A stretch of DNA of 64,000 nt, taken from assembly GCA_945859975.1 (NCBI GenBank), contig CAMAPH010000006.1:1-64000 (forward strand), given 5' to 3'. The translations under genes and the position numbers were made by a program. This document shows positions 40,069-50,349 of the stretch, piece by piece (within the stretch, counting starts at the first letter, position 1; each line of letters opens with the position of its first letter). A model generated the notes under the pieces. It had not been told where the DNA came from. It made no database searches and was given only the letters and a program-made list of their open reading frames with translations. The DNA comes from Chthonomonas calidirosea. Its GTDB lineage: Bacteria > Armatimonadota > Fimbriimonadia > Fimbriimonadales > Fimbriimonadaceae.

Positions 40069-41559
40069 CTAGGAGCCTTCTCTAGCTAGCTCGGCGGAAT
40101 CTTCATCCGCCGTTTCTGAGACCCTTTCGATTCGCAACTGCAATATCCTGCGGCCGTCAGTCTTGATCACCGTAAACCGGTGGCCCGCTTCATCGATCGA
40201 CTCCCCGAACACCGGTTGCCTTCCGAACAGCCCGAATACGTAGCCGCCAATCGTGTCGAATTCCTCGCTGTCGAACTCGCTATCGATCTCGTGATTGACG
40301 TCATTCCAGTGTGTCTTTCCGTCCACTAGCCAGCCGTCATCCAGTTTCTGGAACGAGGGCTCCTCGTTGTCGTATTCGTCGACGATGTCACCAACGAGTT
40401 CCTCTACGATGTCCTCAATGGTGACGATCCCCGCGGTTCCGCCGAACTCGTCTTGCACAATCGCGAACTGGCTCCGTGAGTTCCGCATTTCGCCCAGGAG
40501 TTCGTGCAAATTTTTGTTCTCTGGCACGAACAGCGGCTGGCGCATGATGCCGCGAAGAGTTACTTTTTTTCCGGCGGCAATAGCCATCAGCAAGTCTTTC
40601 GCATGGACGATGCCGACGATCTGGTCGTCGGTCTCCTCAAAAAGCGGAATGCGCGAGTGGCCGGTGGTCTCGATCATCTTCACCGCGGTAATCGCATCGG
40701 CGGTCACGCTGAGTGCATCGAGGTCCACGCGCGGCGTCATGATCTCTCGAGCGATGGTGTCAGAGAACTCGAACACGCTGTGGATGAGTTCTTTCTCGTC
40801 CCGCTCAATTTCGCCGGTCTCTTCAGCACTCTCCACCAAGTTTCGGATCTCATCTTCCGCCTGAGTTGGACTGCTAAAGCTCGCCTTTGCCCCAAAGTGG
40901 GCCGTAATCAGGTTGGCCAACGTAGCCAGTAGCCAGGTGAAAAGTCCAAATACAGCTGCCGAAAGTTTAATAAATGGATACAGCGTTTGGGCAACGCGAT
41001 GCGGGCGAACCGAAGCAAAGCTCTTGGGCACCAGCTGGCCAACAATTAGATTTACCAGCTCAACCGGAATGACGACGACCAGACTCGCCAGGAGAATGGA
41101 CCGAAAGTCTGCCGGCCAGCCAAACCGTTCGACGAACGAACCAGCCAGCCCCTGACCGAGAATAAAACTTCCGAAAATCAATCCAAGGTGGGTCAACTGC
41201 CGACCGAAGATGCAAGCCGACATGTAGCGCGCCTTATTCTCGTGCAGATCGAGCAAGATTCGGGACAAGCCATCGCCAAACTCCTTGCCATGCCGAGCGT
41301 GGATCGGTCGAAGCACATCCATCGCGGTCTCCCCGGCAACAAACGCGCCCGCTAAGACGAGGACCAATAGCAACAGGAAGCTCACGGTGGTGCCGCTGAC
41401 TACCGGCTCACCAATGGAGATCACCGCGGCTTGATTCATGCCAAGCTGCGCCTGCTGGCCGAGGGCAAGCAGAGCAATGAGCAACACGGTCATGACGCCA
41501 ATCACGACGTTGAGGCCGCCTTTCACTGGATCCACAGGCTTTTGCGACACGCGCTTCAA
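40069..41559 (-). CDS. Hemolysin/CNNM (CorB-like) membrane protein with CBS pair and CorC domain
   Basis: GQLVPKS, REIMTPR, HSRIP, DEFGGTAGIVTIEDIVEELVGDI, DTIGG; start uncertain. Confidence 0.88.
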   Translation of the reverse strand: MKRVSQKPVDPVKGGLNVVIGVMTVLLIALLALGQQAQLGMNQAAVISIGEPVVSGTTVSFLLLLVLVLAGAFVAGETAMDVLRPIHARHGKEFGDGLSRILLDLHENKARYMSACIFGRQLTHLGLIFGSFILGQGLAGSFVERFGWPADFRSILLASLVVVIPVELVNLIVGQLVPKSFASVRPHRVAQTLYPFIKLSAAVFGLFTWLLATLANLITAHFGAKASFSSPTQAEDEIRNLVESAEETGEIERDEKELIHSVFEFSDTIAREIMTPRVDLDALSVTADAITAVKMIETTGHSRIPLFEETDDQIVGIVHAKDLLMAIAAGKKVTLRGIMRQPLFVPENKNLHELLGEMRNSRSQFAIVQDEFGGTAGIVTIEDIVEELVGDIVDEYDNEEPSFQKLDDGWLVDGKTHWNDVNHEIDSEFDSEEFDTIGGYVFGLFGRQPVFGESIDEAGHRFTVIKTDGRRILQLRIERVSETADEDSAELAREGS

Positions 41560-42278
41560 CGCGGCACCAATCCAAAGACAACGAGCGCAAGCACGGTGCC
41601 AACTCCTGCGCCAAGCACCAACTCAAACATCGAGTGGATCTTCGCTTCATACCGGCTCTGAGCGACAATGCACGCCAAAAGAATCGCTAGGGCCGACGCT
41701 AGGGCGTTGTCCGTGACAAACGGAACGGCGAAGGCAAAGAAGAACGCGTAAGCCGCGTGACCGCTAACCAGACCACCTTTGAAAACGGTCCCTCGTTTGC
41801 CAAGTCCTTTCCCGACGATCACCGTGATCAGAACAAGAAAGGCCCCGAGAATCAAGCGAGGCACGAGCGCCAAGCCCAAACCTTCGGAAGTCAGGTTGAC
41901 CTTAATCGCTTCCCAGCGGTCTTCACCAAAGATGAGCAACGAGCCAACGACAAGCGCGATAAGGGTCGTTATGAGCACTGCGCCGGCGGCGATATCTTTC
42001 GCAAACTTCGCTAGCGGGTGATAGTTCGGACTCACAAGGTCCACCGTCGCCTCAATGGCCGAGTTGAACATTTCGGCAACCACAACCAGCGAGATCGTGA
42101 ACAGGAGCACCAACATCTCTCGAAGTTGAAGGTCCACCAAGATGCCCAGGAGCACCACGATCAAAACCACAAACAGGTGGAAGCGCATGTGGCGCTGGGT
42201 TTTGAAGGTGAAAACGATTCCGTTCAGGGCAACTTTGAACGGCTGAATAAGATTGCTGACCCCGCTCCACTTGCTCAT
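41556..42278 (-). CDS. dgkA: Diacylglycerol/undecaprenol kinase fused to a PAP2-like C-terminal domain
   Basis: EMFNSAIEATVD, AKDIAAGAV; C-terminal SGHAA and SRYEAKIH. Confidence 0.82.
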   Translation of the reverse strand: MSKWSGVSNLIQPFKVALNGIVFTFKTQRHMRFHLFVVLIVVLLGILVDLQLREMLVLLFTISLVVVAEMFNSAIEATVDLVSPNYHPLAKFAKDIAAGAVLITTLIALVVGSLLIFGEDRWEAIKVNLTSEGLGLALVPRLILGAFLVLITVIVGKGLGKRGTVFKGGLVSGHAAYAFFFAFAVPFVTDNALASALAILLACIVAQSRYEAKIHSMFELVLGAGVGTVLALVVFGLVPR

Positions 42279-42754
42279 GCCGTCACCTCGTGCAGGAGAG
42301 AGCTCCATTCGGGGTCTTGCGGCAAGCCGAGCGACGCGGCGATCAAGTTCTGTTCACGAAGCATCTCGGCGCGAAGCACTTCCTCGACGTCATCAAATCC
42401 GGCTAAGTGCAGACTGCCGTGGATCACGAGGTGGGCAATTTCTTCTTCAGGTGCCCAACCGCGCAGGGCGGCTTGCCGAGCTGCGTAATCTGTGGCAACC
42501 GCGATCTCACCGAGCGAGCCAAGAAGCTCAGACCCCGTCGGAAACGTGAGGACGTCGGTGGCTTCATCAATCCCGCGAAAGCGAGAATTCAAATCGCGAA
42601 TGACTTCATCCGAAGTCAGGAGAACGGAGACATCGCCCGCCGGAGCCTCGTGCCGTTGAAGGGTTTCACGCACGGCACGTTCTAAAAGGCGAGAATCAAT
42701 GTTCTCGCCAGAAGAATTTAGGATGACTACGTTACGGTAACTGGGGGGTTCCAT
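42275..42754 (-). CDS. ybeY: rRNA maturation endoribonuclease
   Basis: LNSRFRGIDEATDVLTFP, HLVIHGSLHLAGFD. Confidence 0.9.
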   Translation of the reverse strand: MEPPSYRNVVILNSSGENIDSRLLERAVRETLQRHEAPAGDVSVLLTSDEVIRDLNSRFRGIDEATDVLTFPTGSELLGSLGEIAVATDYAARQAALRGWAPEEEIAHLVIHGSLHLAGFDDVEEVLRAEMLREQNLIAASLGLPQDPEWSSLLHEVTA

Positions 42755-42814
42755 ATTTGTGGCAAGCGCGTCCTCCCGCTCGGAGCGGGGCTACTTTCTT
42801 GCCGCAGGACTCAA

Positions 42815-42985
42815 TTACTGACGTGATCGCTGACGTCGAGCTTGTCGTCGTCGCTTTTCACTTGGCTTCTCGTAGTGTGCGTGCTCTTTGAGCGTTCGCA
42901 GAACGCCGCTCTGCTGGAGCTTCATGTTGAAGCGCTTAAGAGCGGAGTCAATGGACTCATTCGGTTGTACGTTTACAAATACCAA
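42815..42985 (-). CDS. rpsU: 30S ribosomal protein S21 (56 aa, absent from the ORF track)
   Basis: Manual translation from TTG: MVFVNVQPNESIDSALKRFNMKLQQSGVLRTLKEHAHYEKPSEKRRRQARRQRSRQ; GGAGG upstream. Confidence 0.93.
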   Translation of the reverse strand: MVFVNVQPNESIDSALKRFNMKLQQSGVLRTLKEHAHYEKPSEKRRRQARRQRSRQ

Positions 42986-43046
42986 CGGTTTTTAACTGCC
43001 TCCGGGACCCAAAGAGTATGACACAACTCGCACCGAAAGGCAAGTT

Positions 43047-43916
43047 CTATTGCCCAGGCTGCTCGCTGACGTACACGTAGTCGGCAATTCCCCTCGCACA
43101 GGTGACCGGTTTATCCGAGCTGAGCATGACCACATTAACTCCGCGCTTGCCGGTTCGGCGAGTGATGCGGTAGTTGATTCCTTGCCCATACATAATGTGC
43201 CCCGCCCCCGCGACGATGACCGTAGTCGTCTTTGGATCTCGATCCGCGAGCGCCTTCAGAGCCGAGTCGGCCATGCCTTCGTCCCAAAGAACCTGGGCGG
43301 CATAGACGTTCTCGTTCCCGTTCGGCATGGTGTGTCCGCCCATCAGAGAATCGAAAACCTGGCGGTGCTGCTTGTTGCCCAAAAAGAGTTCGGAAGGCAG
43401 TTCCTTTCGCTCCCCGGCGGCAAGGCCGGCATAGCCAAGCCGCCCAACGGCTCGGACCCAGTTGCGTGGAACGTTCAACGCAACCATCGGGACCTGATTG
43501 TCGCGACAGGTTTGGAACAACGGCCGATAGAACTTATAGTCAAATCCCCAGGTTGTCTTCCAATCCACCGCGGTGAGAAAACTCGCCTCGTCGCCTTTGC
43601 CGGCAATAAAGTCGGTGAGCCCCGGCTGCGTCGGTCTCGTCAGCATTTCGACTCCGACCATTACGGGCTGCTTCGCATCCACCAACGCTTTTACAAGGTC
43701 CGCTTGAAGCTGCTGGTGGGGTGCGGTTGCATGCTGCTCGCCCAGATACAGGAATCCGCGCTTTGCGGCTGCCTGAGCAATCTCTGCGACCGTAGCTTCC
43801 TGCCCGGTCTCCGTGCTGTAAATCGCACCTGGAGCAAACTTCATCTGGCCCGATCGTCCGATGTTCAAAACGTACGGAGAATCAGCTTGGGCAAGAACAA
43901 AAAGGGCAGCGAGCAT
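43047..43916 (-). CDS. ChaN-family protein
   Basis: YLGEQH..PHQ, GVEML, W..TWGF..YRPL, AQVLWDEGMA, AGAGH. Confidence 0.8.
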   Translation of the reverse strand: MLAALFVLAQADSPYVLNIGRSGQMKFAPGAIYSTETGQEATVAEIAQAAAKRGFLYLGEQHATAPHQQLQADLVKALVDAKQPVMVGVEMLTRPTQPGLTDFIAGKGDEASFLTAVDWKTTWGFDYKFYRPLFQTCRDNQVPMVALNVPRNWVRAVGRLGYAGLAAGERKELPSELFLGNKQHRQVFDSLMGGHTMPNGNENVYAAQVLWDEGMADSALKALADRDPKTTTVIVAGAGHIMYGQGINYRITRRTGKRGVNVVMLSSDKPVTCARGIADYVYVSEQPGQ

Positions 43917-43949
43917 ATTTACAGTTATACGCTTTGGTAGCCTAACGGA

Positions 43950-44525
43950 ATGCGACTGCGACTTGCCCCTTTTGCCATCTTGCTCGTCGCAGCCTCGATT
44001 GGGTTAAGCATCGCCGGATGCCAGCCAAAGCCAACCGAATCCAAAGCGACCTCGGAACCAACCGTAGACCCCTCGCAGAAACTTTACGAACAACTCCGCG
44101 TTGGCTCGGTTCAAGCCGACATCACGATCACCGAACTGGAGCAGGCACGAGACATCCTGAAAGCTCTCAAGGCGAATCCGAAGCCGAACATTCAGGAAGC
44201 GGTGATTGATCTGCTCGACATTATCGACAGTGTCGCCCGGACCTTGGGTGACTACACCGTTGTTCCCGAGCAATCAGAAATCGCAAAAGACTTCGCGGCG
44301 CAAGACGAACATCGGCTCGCAGGAATCCGGGCGTTCGAAGAAGCCCAACTCGATCTCGGCGATGCGGATGGAGTGATCAACGAGTTGCGCAGCCTCCTGC
44401 CCGACGAAACAAGCCCGCAACCGGGCGAGGTCCAGAACCACTTTACGAATGCGGGTGAGGCGCTCGTGGATGGCATCCGGGGCCTTGGCGGAAACCCGGA
44501 TGCGCCCTCAGAAGAAGATCACTGA
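43950..44525 (+). CDS. Hypothetical lipoprotein
   Basis: Lipobox IAGC followed by a predominantly helical domain. Confidence 0.6.
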   Translation: MRLRLAPFAILLVAASIGLSIAGCQPKPTESKATSEPTVDPSQKLYEQLRVGSVQADITITELEQARDILKALKANPKPNIQEAVIDLLDIIDSVARTLGDYTVVPEQSEIAKDFAAQDEHRLAGIRAFEEAQLDLGDADGVINELRSLLPDETSPQPGEVQNHFTNAGEALVDGIRGLGGNPDAPSEEDH

Positions 44526-45772
44526 ACCAGGAACGGCAAGTTGGCCGTCGCCGCATTCCCCTTCCCGTCTCGAACAAACGCGTAGACCCGGTACTGGCCG
44601 GCATAAGGCGGAACGGTAAAGATGTACTTACTCGCTTTTTGCTTGACCGTTGAGATCGTCGGCGGTGCGGTCTGCGGGTAGCCGCCGGGCTTCTTGTCCT
44701 TCGATTCAAGCATCACCACGAACTCGTATTCCAGAGTGTCCCCGTCCAAGTCCATGGTCGGAACACTGAAGGTTAGTTTCTCGCCGATTTTTGCCTTCAT
44801 CGATGGCAAGAGAGCGGGTGTCTCGATTCGTGGCGCGAGATTCTTGGGAGCCTTTCCGCTCCACTGCTTCTGCATTTCTTCGGCAGACTGAAGCGCCTCG
44901 CCCGTTGGCAGTTGCATACCAAACCAAGTCGCCGTTTCCTCCTGCTTGAATCCCCAAATGAAGGCGTACGAACCGAGGCACCAGCTCGGATTTGCCTTGA
45001 TCTGCTCTTCGTAATTCTTTTTGTATATTTCCGCTTTCTGGGTGCTCGTAGGTTCCAGCGCGACTTGCCAGTCCGTCTTCGCGACTTCCCATTGGCCGAG
45101 CGGACCGAATTCGGTGACCATAAACGGCTTCTTCCAGCCAAATTCCTTCAGCCGCTTTGTGAGGGTCGATAGTCCGCCGTACGAGTTCACTCCGAGCAAC
45201 TGAACATCGGGCGCATACTGCGCGATCATCTTCGCTTTCTCGGCGCTGACTTCTGCGACGACGGTCGTGACCGGATGATTCGGGTCTTCTTCCTTGACCA
45301 TCTTTGCCAGCCGTCCAATTTCCTTCCACAACGTTGGATTATCGTTGCCGCCCGATTCCATCTCGTTGCCAAGCGCCCACATCAGGACCGCCGGGTGATT
45401 CTTGTACTTCCGAACGGTCTCGCGGACTTTCTCAAACTGATCATCAAGTTGCTTCTGATCGTTCCACTTGAAACCATGCGCGACGTGCCCGAGCCAATAC
45501 CCAACGGTGACGGTGAGGCCGTTTTTGTGGGCGCGGTCCAGCAGTCCCGGAGTATCGTCGCCAGTGCCCCACGTTCGAATCGAGTTTCCACCGGCATCAG
45601 CAAGTCGCTTCAAGTTCACGTCGTCAGACGAGCTACAGCCCGCGCCTTTGATCCAGTAAGGCTGGCCGTTCCGATACAGGGTCATCCCGTTCGCAGATGG
45701 TCGGAGCTCAACTTTGCTTCCCTGAACTACCGGCACGCCAACAACGGAGAGGGCTAACAGCGACGTTAACAT
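44519..45772 (-). CDS. Secreted glycoside hydrolase, GH2-like TIM barrel
   Basis: GGNSIRTW, HPAVLMWALGNE (acid/base), MVTEFGP (nucleophile). Confidence 0.8.
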   Translation of the reverse strand: MLTSLLALSVVGVPVVQGSKVELRPSANGMTLYRNGQPYWIKGAGCSSSDDVNLKRLADAGGNSIRTWGTGDDTPGLLDRAHKNGLTVTVGYWLGHVAHGFKWNDQKQLDDQFEKVRETVRKYKNHPAVLMWALGNEMESGGNDNPTLWKEIGRLAKMVKEEDPNHPVTTVVAEVSAEKAKMIAQYAPDVQLLGVNSYGGLSTLTKRLKEFGWKKPFMVTEFGPLGQWEVAKTDWQVALEPTSTQKAEIYKKNYEEQIKANPSWCLGSYAFIWGFKQEETATWFGMQLPTGEALQSAEEMQKQWSGKAPKNLAPRIETPALLPSMKAKIGEKLTFSVPTMDLDGDTLEYEFVVMLESKDKKPGGYPQTAPPTISTVKQKASKYIFTVPPYAGQYRVYAFVRDGKGNAATANLPFLVQ

Positions 45773-45859
45773 GCCTTCATTCTACGTTGAGAAACGTTTC
45801 TCACGACGAAATGGCCTTATCGAATTGCGCAAATCCGATAAACGTCGCACACTAGTGAT

Positions 45860-46492
45860 ATGTTTCTTCCGGTCCTCGTGGCGGCGCTTTCCATGACTCA
45901 AGAAAAATCTACGTTTCTGGTCCTTCTCGTCCGGCCGGAGAACGCACCGACCTATTCTGCGGAACGTTCGAAAGAGATTCAAGCTGGGCACATGGCCCAC
46001 CTAACGAAGCTGTTCAACGCTGGAACGGCAAAGGTCGCAGGGCCGTTCATGGAAGAGCACCGTATCCGAGGGATCGTGCTGATTGAAGCAAAGAATATGG
46101 AAATGGCGAAAATGGCCCCAATGGCCGACCCAGCCATCAAGGCTGGTCGGCTCGCCGCAGAGGTCTACCCATGGGCGGTCGCTCCCGTAAAGTTCGGCAC
46201 CGCGGTCGAGCCAATGCAACTTGTCACGAATACGATGGTGCTCATCGAAAGGGTGAACTTCACGCCGAAAAGCTTCTCTTCTCAGCACGCACTCTACCAG
46301 TCCGAGCTTGGTAGCACCTTGATCTCTGGTGTGATCCCAGGTGAGTTTAAGTACATCGATGCCTTCATCGTTCCCGGCGAGGACAAAGCCAAAGTAGCTG
46401 CCCTCGCCGCAAAGCATCCCGCCGTTGTTGGCGGATATGGAAAAGCCGTCGTGTTAGCGTGGGGATCCGCAAAAGGCGTCGTCAGTATATAA
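45860..46492 (+). CDS. YciI-family protein with signal peptide
   Basis: GHMAHL...AGPF, DPAIKAG; second degenerate repeat HPAVVGG. Confidence 0.65.
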   Translation: MFLPVLVAALSMTQEKSTFLVLLVRPENAPTYSAERSKEIQAGHMAHLTKLFNAGTAKVAGPFMEEHRIRGIVLIEAKNMEMAKMAPMADPAIKAGRLAAEVYPWAVAPVKFGTAVEPMQLVTNTMVLIERVNFTPKSFSSQHALYQSELGSTLISGVIPGEFKYIDAFIVPGEDKAKVAALAAKHPAVVGGYGKAVVLAWGSAKGVVSI

Positions 46493-46497
46493 CGCCT

Positions 46498-46582
46498 TGG
46501 TGCCGGGGGCGGGACTCGAACCCGCACGATTTGTGGTCAACGGTTTTTGAGACCGCCGCGTCTACCATTCCGCCACCCCGGC
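46498..46582 (-). tRNA. tRNA-Leu(CAA)
   Basis: GCCGGGGTGGCGGAATGGTAGACGCG...GCGGT-CTCAAAA-ACCGT...long variable arm...GGTTCGAGTCC...CCCCGGC-ACCA. Confidence 0.95.
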
Positions 46583-46653
46583 TAGGGACCAAGAGTGTAC
46601 CGCGATCATTTCGTTAGGCCGAACTCACCCCTTGTAACTGCTAACCTTATGCC

Positions 46654-47865
46654 GTGAAAGTTCTTGTTGCAGATCGGTTCGAAGAGATTGGCCTCGATGG
46701 TTTGCGTCGTCTTGGCGTCGAGGTGATCTATGAACCGTCACTCTCTGGGCAGAGCCTTGCCGAACGATTACGCGAGAGCGAAGCTGCCGTTTTGGTCGTT
46801 CGCAGCACCGAAGTTCCGGGCGAAGCCATGCGAGAGACCAAGTTGGGCCTGGTCATTCGCGCCGGTGCGGGATACAACACCATCGACATTGACGCAGCCA
46901 GCGAGCTCGGCATTCTCGTCACGAACTGTCCCGGGAAGAACTCGCAGGCCGTAGCCGAGCTGGCTTGGGGACTGATTCTGGCTTGCGATCGACGTATCCC
47001 CGAGAATGTCGCCGACCTGAATCATGGCGTTTGGAACAAGGCCGAATACTCTAAAGCGCGAGGACTTCACGGACGTACATTCGGTGTGATTGGAATCGGA
47101 AAGATCGCCCAGGAAATGGTTGTTCGGGCGAAGGCATTCGGAATGAACGTTGTCGCCTATAGCCGCTGGATGACGCCGGACCTCGCCGCTGGCCTACAAA
47201 TTGGTCGCGCCAGCAATGCCACCGAAGTCGCCCTCATGGCGGATGTGATCTCCGTCCACGTGGCGCTCACCCCAGAGACCAAGGGTTCCCTCGATCACGC
47301 CTTCTTCGACAAGCTTCGCCCCGGCGCCATTTTTATCAACACAAGTCGAGCCGAAGTCGTGGTTCAGGACGCGCTGCTCAAGGCCGTCAACGAGCGCGGA
47401 GTTCGCGCTGGTCTAGACGTGTTCGAAGGTGAACCCACCGGAGGAACCGGAAGCTATTCTGGTGCGCTTCAAAACTTGCCCGGCGTGTATTGCACGCATC
47501 ACATCGGCGCCAGCACGGAACAAGCGCAAGAAGCAATTGCCCACGAAGTCGTACAGATTGTCCGCGAGTATCGAAGTAAGGGCGGAGTTCCAAACGTCGT
47601 AAACGTAAAGCGGGCCGAGGTGGCAACCCACGTGGTCGTGGTTCGGCACTTAGACCGCGTCGGCGTTCTCGCGCACGTTCTTTCCGTCCTCAAAGATGAA
47701 GGGCTAAACGTGCAAGAGATGGAGAATATCGTTCTTGGCGGTGCCCGATCAGCGATTGCTCAAATCTCGGTCGATCGCGAGCCCCGACCAGAGGGACTGC
47801 TCGCGATCAAGATGAACGAGAACGTGTTTGACGTAAGCGTGTTTCAGATCGAAAGAGCCATCTAG
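46654..47865 (+). CDS. serA: D-3-phosphoglycerate dehydrogenase-like protein with C-terminal ACT domain
   Basis: RAGAGYNTID, GIGKIA, INTSRA, LDVFEGEP, HIGASTEQAQ, HLDRVGVLA. Confidence 0.82.
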   Translation: MKVLVADRFEEIGLDGLRRLGVEVIYEPSLSGQSLAERLRESEAAVLVVRSTEVPGEAMRETKLGLVIRAGAGYNTIDIDAASELGILVTNCPGKNSQAVAELAWGLILACDRRIPENVADLNHGVWNKAEYSKARGLHGRTFGVIGIGKIAQEMVVRAKAFGMNVVAYSRWMTPDLAAGLQIGRASNATEVALMADVISVHVALTPETKGSLDHAFFDKLRPGAIFINTSRAEVVVQDALLKAVNERGVRAGLDVFEGEPTGGTGSYSGALQNLPGVYCTHHIGASTEQAQEAIAHEVVQIVREYRSKGGVPNVVNVKRAEVATHVVVVRHLDRVGVLAHVLSVLKDEGLNVQEMENIVLGGARSAIAQISVDREPRPEGLLAIKMNENVFDVSVFQIERAI

Positions 47866-48491
47866 GACTCTTTCAAGGTTAGCGTTGTGGTGCCGCGGCG
47901 GAGAATAACGCTTCGCTCGTTGACGGCTTCCATTTCCCAGCCAAGCGGCCCTTTGCTTCCCTTTCGCCCGATCCACTCGGTGCCGTTCAAAAGCACGATT
48001 GCGATCGGGTGATAGCCATCGATCAAGCCGATCAACTTTGGAGGATCAATCTTCGGTGCTTCTGGCTGGCTAGTGCCATTTTCATCGGGTCGAGTGACCG
48101 GCAGTGGGGAGAGCTGTCCAGTAGGGGCAGGTAAAGGCTCGGGATCCGGCAGTTTTGTGATCCCTGCTGGCGGTGTTGCCTTCACTACCCGCTTTGAAAT
48201 TTCTCGGAAAGGAGTTGCCGGCGCAACGGCCGGAGGGTCCATGAGCGCAACCTTTCCGCTCGGAGATAACCCGGTAGCAACTGCACTAACGGTCCCGCCT
48301 GGAGTGGTCGCGACATCTGGAGTTCCTCCAGAAGAAATCACGATGGGCGCCGCTTCGGCTGTCGGTGCAGGAGCGCCGCCCAGAATCCCCATCGAAGTCA
48401 GAAGTTGGAATCCTACGAATCCAAAGACGATGACCACTCCGCCCACAAGGGCATACATTTTCTTCTGATCTTCTTTCGGAGTCGGCTTCAT
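47862..48491 (-). CDS. Pro-rich pilus/T2SS accessory protein (PilP/GspC-like position)
   Basis: N-terminal TM, Pro-rich linker, small C-terminal beta domain; coupled to the secretin gene. Confidence 0.55.
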   Translation of the reverse strand: MKPTPKEDQKKMYALVGGVVIVFGFVGFQLLTSMGILGGAPAPTAEAAPIVISSGGTPDVATTPGGTVSAVATGLSPSGKVALMDPPAVAPATPFREISKRVVKATPPAGITKLPDPEPLPAPTGQLSPLPVTRPDENGTSQPEAPKIDPPKLIGLIDGYHPIAIVLLNGTEWIGRKGSKGPLGWEMEAVNERSVILRRGTTTLTLKES

Positions 48492-50347
48492 TTGGGAGTC
48501 CCGGGCTTCGCATCATTCATGATGCGAGGCGTTATCGTCACTACAATATCGGTCCTTCTCTTAGATTTCGTACGATTTTTGAACAATTCTCCGATGACCG
48601 GCAAGTCGCCCAAAATTGGGAACTTCGTTAAAGTTTCAGTCTGCTCGTCTCGGATTAAGCCGCCAAGCACCACCGTCTCTCCATCGTTGACCACCACCGT
48701 GGTCTCCGCTTCTCGCGTACTGGTCTGCGGCAACCCGTTAGCGTCGACGCTTCGAATCGTGCTGACTGCTGGATTGACGTGCATCGTGATCGTGCCGTCT
48801 GGGTTAATTCGTGGACGAAGCAGCAAGATGATGCCGACCGGAAACTCTAGAACTTCGATCGTTTGGGCACCCAACGCGCCCGCCGTAGCGATTCGAACCC
48901 GCAACGTGTCGCCGATGAAGACGCTAGCGCTGTCGTTGTCCATGACCTGAACCCGTGGGTTCGCCAAAATCTTCGCGTTTCCTTGGGTGATTTGTGCCGA
49001 GAGCGTTGCGGTCAACGAACCGGGCATGCGTGAAATCTGACCGAGTCCCGCTGGTCGGGTGGTGTTCAAGTTGTTGAAAGTCGTAAGATCGGCCGCTGTC
49101 CCACCAGGCACTTCCAAGAATTGGAGTGGCTGCCAGTTGAAGGTGTTGCCAATGTTGGAGGAGAAGTTTGGCGTCGTTTCAACAACGTTCACGTCCACCA
49201 TGACCTGCGGCGGTCGAACGTCGATTGCTTCCAGCAACCGAATGGCTTCCATCACCCGGGCTTTCGGACCGCGAACTATGAGCCGACGGCCCTGCTCAGT
49301 TGACGTGCGTTGCAGTTGAACGTCGTCTTGAACGCCGCCCTGCTGCCCGCCGCCAAGAGCGCCTTGAGCGCCTTGCTGTTGCTGCTGTCCGCCACCGGCA
49401 CCGCCCTGATCTGCCTGTCTAATTTGCGAACTGATCGATGCGAACAAGCCTCGTTCGGGCGAATATGCCCTCGGCGCGACGAAAACGTCCACGTCCTTCA
49501 TAGACTCTTTGAGGAATCGCTGCAGCGGTCCACTGGTAATGTACTTTGCCTCGTAAACCTCGGTCACGATGCCGGCATCCATCGGGTCGACAGCTTTATC
49601 AAGCTTCTCAACGGCAGCCTTTGCCGCAGTGACGCGCTCGGTCGTACCGGTTAGGGTGACGACGGCACCATTTGCCGTGACGATCACATCAGGGAATAGC
49701 GTGCTCATTTGGGCGACGATTTTGTTGACATCACCCTTGACCGAATAGACCTCGACTGCCCGAAGTGTTGGCGTTTGCGCTTCTCCCGAGAAGTCGTCGA
49801 TGTACTGCTTAGCTTCCTTTAGGTCTTCCTGAATGCCGTAGAAAACGATCTTGTCGCCGATCGCCGTGACGCTTGCCTGCGGAAAAGCGGTCTCAAGGGC
49901 TTTAGCAATCTCGGTCGCCTTAGCCGGATCAACCTGGAATCGAGCCCGGAAGGAAAATGGCTCGAGGGCGCGCTTCATCTCGTCGAGTCCAGCGACCACG
50001 AACGTGTTCTGAGTGCGGCGGAAGGTGAGACCAGCAGCAGACACGGCAGCGCGGACAGCTTCGTCAGCGGAATTGGCAATGATGGTAAGCGTAATCGGTG
50101 TGCGATCTTTGCCCGCGTAAACGATGTTCACGCCAAGTCTGGCGGCCAAAGCGCGGAATACGGACGGCACGGTTGTGTCCGTAAACGACAACCGAACGGG
50201 CAACTGACCTACGCCCGTTACGGCCCCGGTTCGGTTCGATGCCGCCGCAGACGTTACGTCCGCAACCTGTGGCTCGACAGCTGCGGGGGTGGGAACTGGT
50301 GTTCCTCCCAGCAGAGAGATTCCTAACGCAATTGCACTGTGACTCAT
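48488..50347 (-). CDS. Secretin (PilQ/GspD family)
   Basis: PPQVMVDVNVVE, ILANPRV, VGIILLLRPRI, TVVLGGLI, PILGDLPVIGELFK, ITPRI. Confidence 0.92.
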   Translation of the reverse strand: MSHSAIALGISLLGGTPVPTPAAVEPQVADVTSAAASNRTGAVTGVGQLPVRLSFTDTTVPSVFRALAARLGVNIVYAGKDRTPITLTIIANSADEAVRAAVSAAGLTFRRTQNTFVVAGLDEMKRALEPFSFRARFQVDPAKATEIAKALETAFPQASVTAIGDKIVFYGIQEDLKEAKQYIDDFSGEAQTPTLRAVEVYSVKGDVNKIVAQMSTLFPDVIVTANGAVVTLTGTTERVTAAKAAVEKLDKAVDPMDAGIVTEVYEAKYITSGPLQRFLKESMKDVDVFVAPRAYSPERGLFASISSQIRQADQGGAGGGQQQQQGAQGALGGGQQGGVQDDVQLQRTSTEQGRRLIVRGPKARVMEAIRLLEAIDVRPPQVMVDVNVVETTPNFSSNIGNTFNWQPLQFLEVPGGTAADLTTFNNLNTTRPAGLGQISRMPGSLTATLSAQITQGNAKILANPRVQVMDNDSASVFIGDTLRVRIATAGALGAQTIEVLEFPVGIILLLRPRINPDGTITMHVNPAVSTIRSVDANGLPQTSTREAETTVVVNDGETVVLGGLIRDEQTETLTKFPILGDLPVIGELFKNRTKSKRRTDIVVTITPRIMNDAKPGTPK

Positions 50348-50349
50348 GA

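Noticed and set aside
46498..46650. tRNA-Leu as an integration site for a genomic island
   Set aside because: No integrase is adjacent, and I saw no duplicated tRNA 3' end in the window.
49335..49415. Gln/Gly low-complexity tract in the secretin
   Set aside because: It is typical of the disordered N3-domain loop of secretins and is not a phase-variable DNA repeat.
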